Below are positions 60,539-64,000 of a DNA stretch of 64,000 bases, one piece after another; positions within the stretch are counted from its first letter, which is position 1; each line of letters begins with the position of its first letter. The notes under the pieces are model-generated. The model worked only from the letters and a program-made list of their open reading frames with translations. It did no database searches and was not told the DNA's origin. Position numbers and translations under genes: made by a program. Source of the stretch: Anaerolineae bacterium (GTDB taxonomy: Bacteria; Chloroflexota; Anaerolineae; B4-G1; SLSP01); assembly GCA_026645815.1 (NCBI GenBank), contig JAPKMR010000012.1:26728-90727 (forward strand), given 5' to 3'.

Positions 60539-63010
60539 TCATTCCACAGCTACGCTCTCGCTATCCGTATCCTGCTCAGTTTGCGCCTCATCATCCAGAT
60601 CGTCTGGCGCAGGCAACAGGGCTACCTCGAATACCTGCTCCATTGTCTCAGCGAACACCAGATCAAGCGTTCGCAGAATATTCTTGGGGATTTCCTGCAA
60701 ATCTGGCTCATTGCGCTTGGGAAGAATCACGATCTTCACGCGAGCACGGTGCGCAGCCAACAGCTTCTCCTTTAGACCGCCTACGGGCAAAACCCGTCCA
60801 CGCAGGGTAATCTCACCGGTCATGGCCACATCGTGCCTTACCGGACAACCGGTAAAGGCAGAAATCATGGCGGTGGCCATGGTGATGCCACCAGAAGGTC
60901 CATCCTTGGGAATGGCGCCATCCGGCAGATGCACATGGACGTCAGTCTTATCGAATTCCTCAGGGTCAATGCTCCAAATATCGGCGTGAGAACGCAGATA
61001 AGTGCTGGCGGCCTGCGCTGATTCCTGCATGACATCGCCCATCTGCCCTGTCAGTGTCAATCCACCCTTGCCAGGGATAAGCGCCACCTCCACCGGCAAC
61101 AAATCACCGCCATTAGGAGTCCAGGCCATCCCCATCGCCAGTCCCACCTGGTCTTGCTTTTCCAAACGTTCGTGGAGATAGCGCGGCGCACCGAGATAGC
61201 GCTCGGTCGTACGTGTGGTAATCGTAGTCAGGGGGCGCTTTTCTTCAGCCAGGCGGCGAGCGGCTTTGCGGCAGAGGCTGCCGATTTCACGCTCCAGGTT
61301 CCGGACGCCGGCTTCGTAAGTGTAGCCTTGGACCAACAAGTGCAAAGTGCTATTGGTGAAGTGCGGCGGCTGAGTTTCCAGGCCATTCAAGTCCAATTGC
61401 CGGGGAATCAAGAAGCGCCGCGCAATCTCGATTTTCTCTTCCTCAGTGTACCCCGGAAATTCGATGACCTCCATACGGTCCTCAAGCGCCGGAGGGATCG
61501 TATCGAGAATGTTAGCCGTGGTGATAAAGAGCACCTGCGAGAGATCGTAGGAAATCTCAAGATAGTGGTCGGAGAAGGCGTGATTCTGTTCAGGATCGAG
61601 CACCTCAAGCAACGCCGAAGAAGGGTCGCCACGGAAATCCTGCCCCAGTTTATCAATTTCATCGAGCATGAAGACAGGGTTGAGCGTGCCTGCGCGCCGC
61701 ATCGTTTGGATGATGCGACCCGGCAATGCTCCGATATACGTGCGGCGGTGCCCTCGAATCTCCGCTTCATCACGCACTCCGCCCAGGGAAACGCGCACAA
61801 ACTCACGCCCCAGGGCTTCGGCAATAGAGCGCCCCAGCGAAGTTTTGCCCGTACCCGGCGGGCCAACGAAGCAGAGAATCGTGCTGCGAATCTTCTCCGG
61901 CGCCAGTTTGCGCACGGCGATATATTCCAGAATGCGCTCCTTGGCTTTAGGCAAACCATAATGCCGGGATTCAAGCACCTGGGCCGCATTCTGCAGGTTG
62001 AGATTGTCTACGGTGGCCTTCGTCCAGGGCAGAGTGAGAATCCAATCGAGGTAATTACGGATAATGCCAATCTCTGGAGCCATCGGGGGCATCATTGAAA
62101 GCCGCGCCAGTTCCTCTTCAGCACGCTGCCGCACATGCTCAGGCAACTCCGCCTGCTCCAGCTGCTCGCGGAGCTGCGTCACTTCCTGCGTAAACACATC
62201 CGATTCACCCAACTCGCGCTGAATGGCGCGCATCTGTTCGCGGAGGAAGTATTCACGTTGTGAACGATCTACCTCTTGCTGCACCCGCGACTGAATCTGG
62301 TCTTCCAGTTCAAGCACATCCAATTCGCGAGCCACGTGCGCGCTAATCTTCTGTAGCCGCTCGACGGCATCCAGAGTCTCCAGGAGTTCCTGACGCTCTT
62401 CAATATTCAGGTCCACCATTTGCGCCACCAGGTCCGCCAGGGGACCCGGTTGCTCGACGTTCATGGCATAGATATAAGCCTCTTCCGGCAGGCTATGATT
62501 AAGGTGGACGACTTTCTCGAACATCGCCAGCACGGCGCGCATCAACGCTTCTACCAGGGGCGTGTTCTCAGAAGTCTCCTGAACGTTCTCCACCAGTGCA
62601 ATCAGATAAGGCTCAGTCTGGATAAACTCCAGAATCCGTACGCGCGCATAGCCCTGCGCAATGACGCTCGTTGTACCATCGGGCAAACGAATCGAACGCG
62701 CAATAGTGACTTCCGTTCCCACGCGATAGATTTGTTCAGGTGTGGGATAAGTATCCTCATCGTCATCAAAATCCTCGGCAACAGGAATCTGAGCCACCGT
62801 CACGAGAGGCCACTCTTCTTTAGATGCAGCTTCCAGAGCAATGAGCGATGGCGTACGTCCCACGTAAAGCGGTGTAACCATCTGGGGGTAAACAACGAGC
62901 TCCCGCAGAGGCAACAAAATCGCCTCAAAGGGTCCGTCCTCCAGCTCCCGTTCATCGCTGGGGTCAAAGAATTCATCCGGCAAAATGGGCAAATTGTCCC
63001 AATCCATCAC
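60539..63010 (-). CDS. lon: ATP-dependent Lon protease (endopeptidase La)
   Basis: LON N-domain, AAA+ Walker [10 protein letters not shown], and catalytic [14 protein letters not shown] plus Lys in the protease domain. Confidence 0.95.
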   Translation of the reverse strand: MMDWDNLPILPDEFFDPSDERELEDGPFEAILLPLRELVVYPQMVTPLYVGRTPSLIALEAASKEEWPLVTVAQIPVAEDFDDDEDTYPTPEQIYRVGTEVTIARSIRLPDGTTSVIAQGYARVRILEFIQTEPYLIALVENVQETSENTPLVEALMRAVLAMFEKVVHLNHSLPEEAYIYAMNVEQPGPLADLVAQMVDLNIEERQELLETLDAVERLQKISAHVARELDVLELEDQIQSRVQQEVDRSQREYFLREQMRAIQRELGESDVFTQEVTQLREQLEQAELPEHVRQRAEEELARLSMMPPMAPEIGIIRNYLDWILTLPWTKATVDNLNLQNAAQVLESRHYGLPKAKERILEYIAVRKLAPEKIRSTILCFVGPPGTGKTSLGRSIAEALGREFVRVSLGGVRDEAEIRGHRRTYIGALPGRIIQTMRRAGTLNPVFMLDEIDKLGQDFRGDPSSALLEVLDPEQNHAFSDHYLEISYDLSQVLFITTANILDTIPPALEDRMEVIEFPGYTEEEKIEIARRFLIPRQLDLNGLETQPPHFTNSTLHLLVQGYTYEAGVRNLEREIGSLCRKAARRLAEEKRPLTTITTRTTERYLGAPRYLHERLEKQDQVGLAMGMAWTPNGGDLLPVEVALIPGKGGLTLTGQMGDVMQESAQAASTYLRSHADIWSIDPEEFDKTDVHVHLPDGAIPKDGPSGGITMATAMISAFTGCPVRHDVAMTGEITLRGRVLPVGGLKEKLLAAHRARVKIVILPKRNEPDLQEIPKNILRTLDLVFAETMEQVFEVALLPAPDDLDDEAQTEQDTDSESVAVE

Positions 63011-63024
63011 TTAACCTCAATATC

Positions 63025-64000
63025 CTATGGCAAAGTCGTCACATTGTCACTCTGCCACGGCTCATCATCCCAATCACTCTGTGGCAGATTCAATGAGGCT
63101 GTTTGAGCATATACAGCGCGAATATCGGCAACCAGAAAAACCGAACCAGTGACAAGAATTCCCACCTCGGCGCCAGCACGGCTGCAAGCCTGCTCCAGAG
63201 AACGCTGAGGGCTAATAGCAATTTCCGCGCCACGACCCAGGTCGGCACACAAGTCCGCCAGTTGATAAGGCGCCACGGCGCGTGGATGGTAAGAACGCGT
63301 AACAATCACGTGCTCGGTAACAGGAAGCAGGGCACGCAACATGCCGGTGAGGTCTTTGTCGCTGGAAGCACCATAGATAAGAATCCATTTCTTCCCTGGA
63401 AACCACTCTTCCAGGGAACTCACCAACATCTCCGAGGAGTAGGCATTATGCGCGCAATCCACTATCAACAAAGGGTCCCGGTGCAAGATTTCCATGCGAC
63501 CAGGCCAGACTACCTGCTCTAGCCCCTGCCGAACCGCTTCGGGCGTAAATTGTGGCAGCCCATGTTCCCGCAACACCGCAGCCGCAGCAACAGCCGTGGA
63601 GGCATTTTCCCGCTGGAAATTGCCAATAAGAGGCAGTTCATAATCTCCCTCAAAGGCATCCGGCGCCCCTATATGGCGCAAGGCAAAACGCTGGCGATGA
63701 TAATGGTGTTCCTGCGCCTCACAGGTCCAGCTACGCTCAACCAGGGTAAGTGGAGCGTGCCGGGTCGCAGCCACAGTCTCAAAAACCTCGCGCGCCTCTG
63801 GACGCTGGGGCGAGACTACTACCGGCACTTCAGGCTTGATGATGCCGGCCTTCTCGCCAGCGATGGCTGCGAGCGTATCGCCCAACAAGTAGGTGTGGTC
63901 CAGGCTAATGGAAGTGATCACGCTCGCCAGCGGCGTAATGACATTAGTAGCATCCAGGCGTCCCCCCAGACCCACTTCCACTACCGCCAAATCCACATTC
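63025..64000 (-). CDS. folC: bifunctional folylpolyglutamate synthase/dihydrofolate synthase (partial; N-terminus beyond window end)
   Basis: Mur-ligase middle and C-terminal domain pattern (VVEVGLGGRLDATNV, SLDHTYLLGDTL..IAGEKAGIIK, DCAHNAYS). The reading frame is open to the window edge. Confidence 0.85.
   Translation of the reverse strand, partial: NVDLAVVEVGLGGRLDATNVITPLASVITSISLDHTYLLGDTLAAIAGEKAGIIKPEVPVVVSPQRPEAREVFETVAATRHAPLTLVERSWTCEAQEHHYHRQRFALRHIGAPDAFEGDYELPLIGNFQRENASTAVAAAAVLREHGLPQFTPEAVRQGLEQVVWPGRMEILHRDPLLIVDCAHNAYSSEMLVSSLEEWFPGKKWILIYGASSDKDLTGMLRALLPVTEHVIVTRSYHPRAVAPYQLADLCADLGRGAEIAISPQRSLEQACSRAGAEVGILVTGSVFLVADIRAVYAQTASLNLPQSDWDDEPWQSDNVTTLP

Overview
Dense, moderately GC-rich chromosomal window with about 59 protein-coding genes and no rRNA, tRNA, CRISPR array, transposase or prophage genes that I could recognise. 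The DUF2298 'YYY' and TIGR03663-like giant membrane protein pair, the many TM-anchor plus Pro/Thr-linker plus beta-domain proteins, and the sortase suggest a Chloroflexota-like organism; this is inference only. Most of the content is housekeeping. It includes holA, two hpt paralogs with tdk, and rplU-rpmA-rpmE. It also includes radA, two FtsK/SpoIIIE translocases, comEA, punA, xerD, gmk, rpsA and infA. The heat-shock genes form a CIRCE-controlled hrcA-grpE-dnaJ-prmA operon with no dnaK. Further genes are pcrA, a MoeA fusion, a NarL-type two-component system and a Tad/Flp pilus assembly operon (cpaB-cpaE-cpaF-tadB-tadC). The window ends with comFC, hpf, lon and a partial folC. I found no recognisable defence or mobile island. 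The signals most worth a second look are these: (1) eight copies of a 14-15 bp palindrome (GGCATGAATGCCGCG) confined to 9.4-13.2 kb, read in all three frames across genes on both strands; (2) two interspersed structured repeat families, a roughly 250 bp hairpin-bearing element (A) and a roughly 160 bp MITE-like element (B) found only in promoter regions; (3) a ribosomal protein L31 fused to an RNA polymerase alpha-CTD-like domain; (4) a tightly packed ftsK-paralog / duplicated membrane protein / DUF697 GTPase / comEA gene string; (5) a Tad locus flanked by a DegS/DegU-like two-component system and comFC, with no pilin or prepilin peptidase gene. All functional calls come from motif recognition by eye, and no database search was run.
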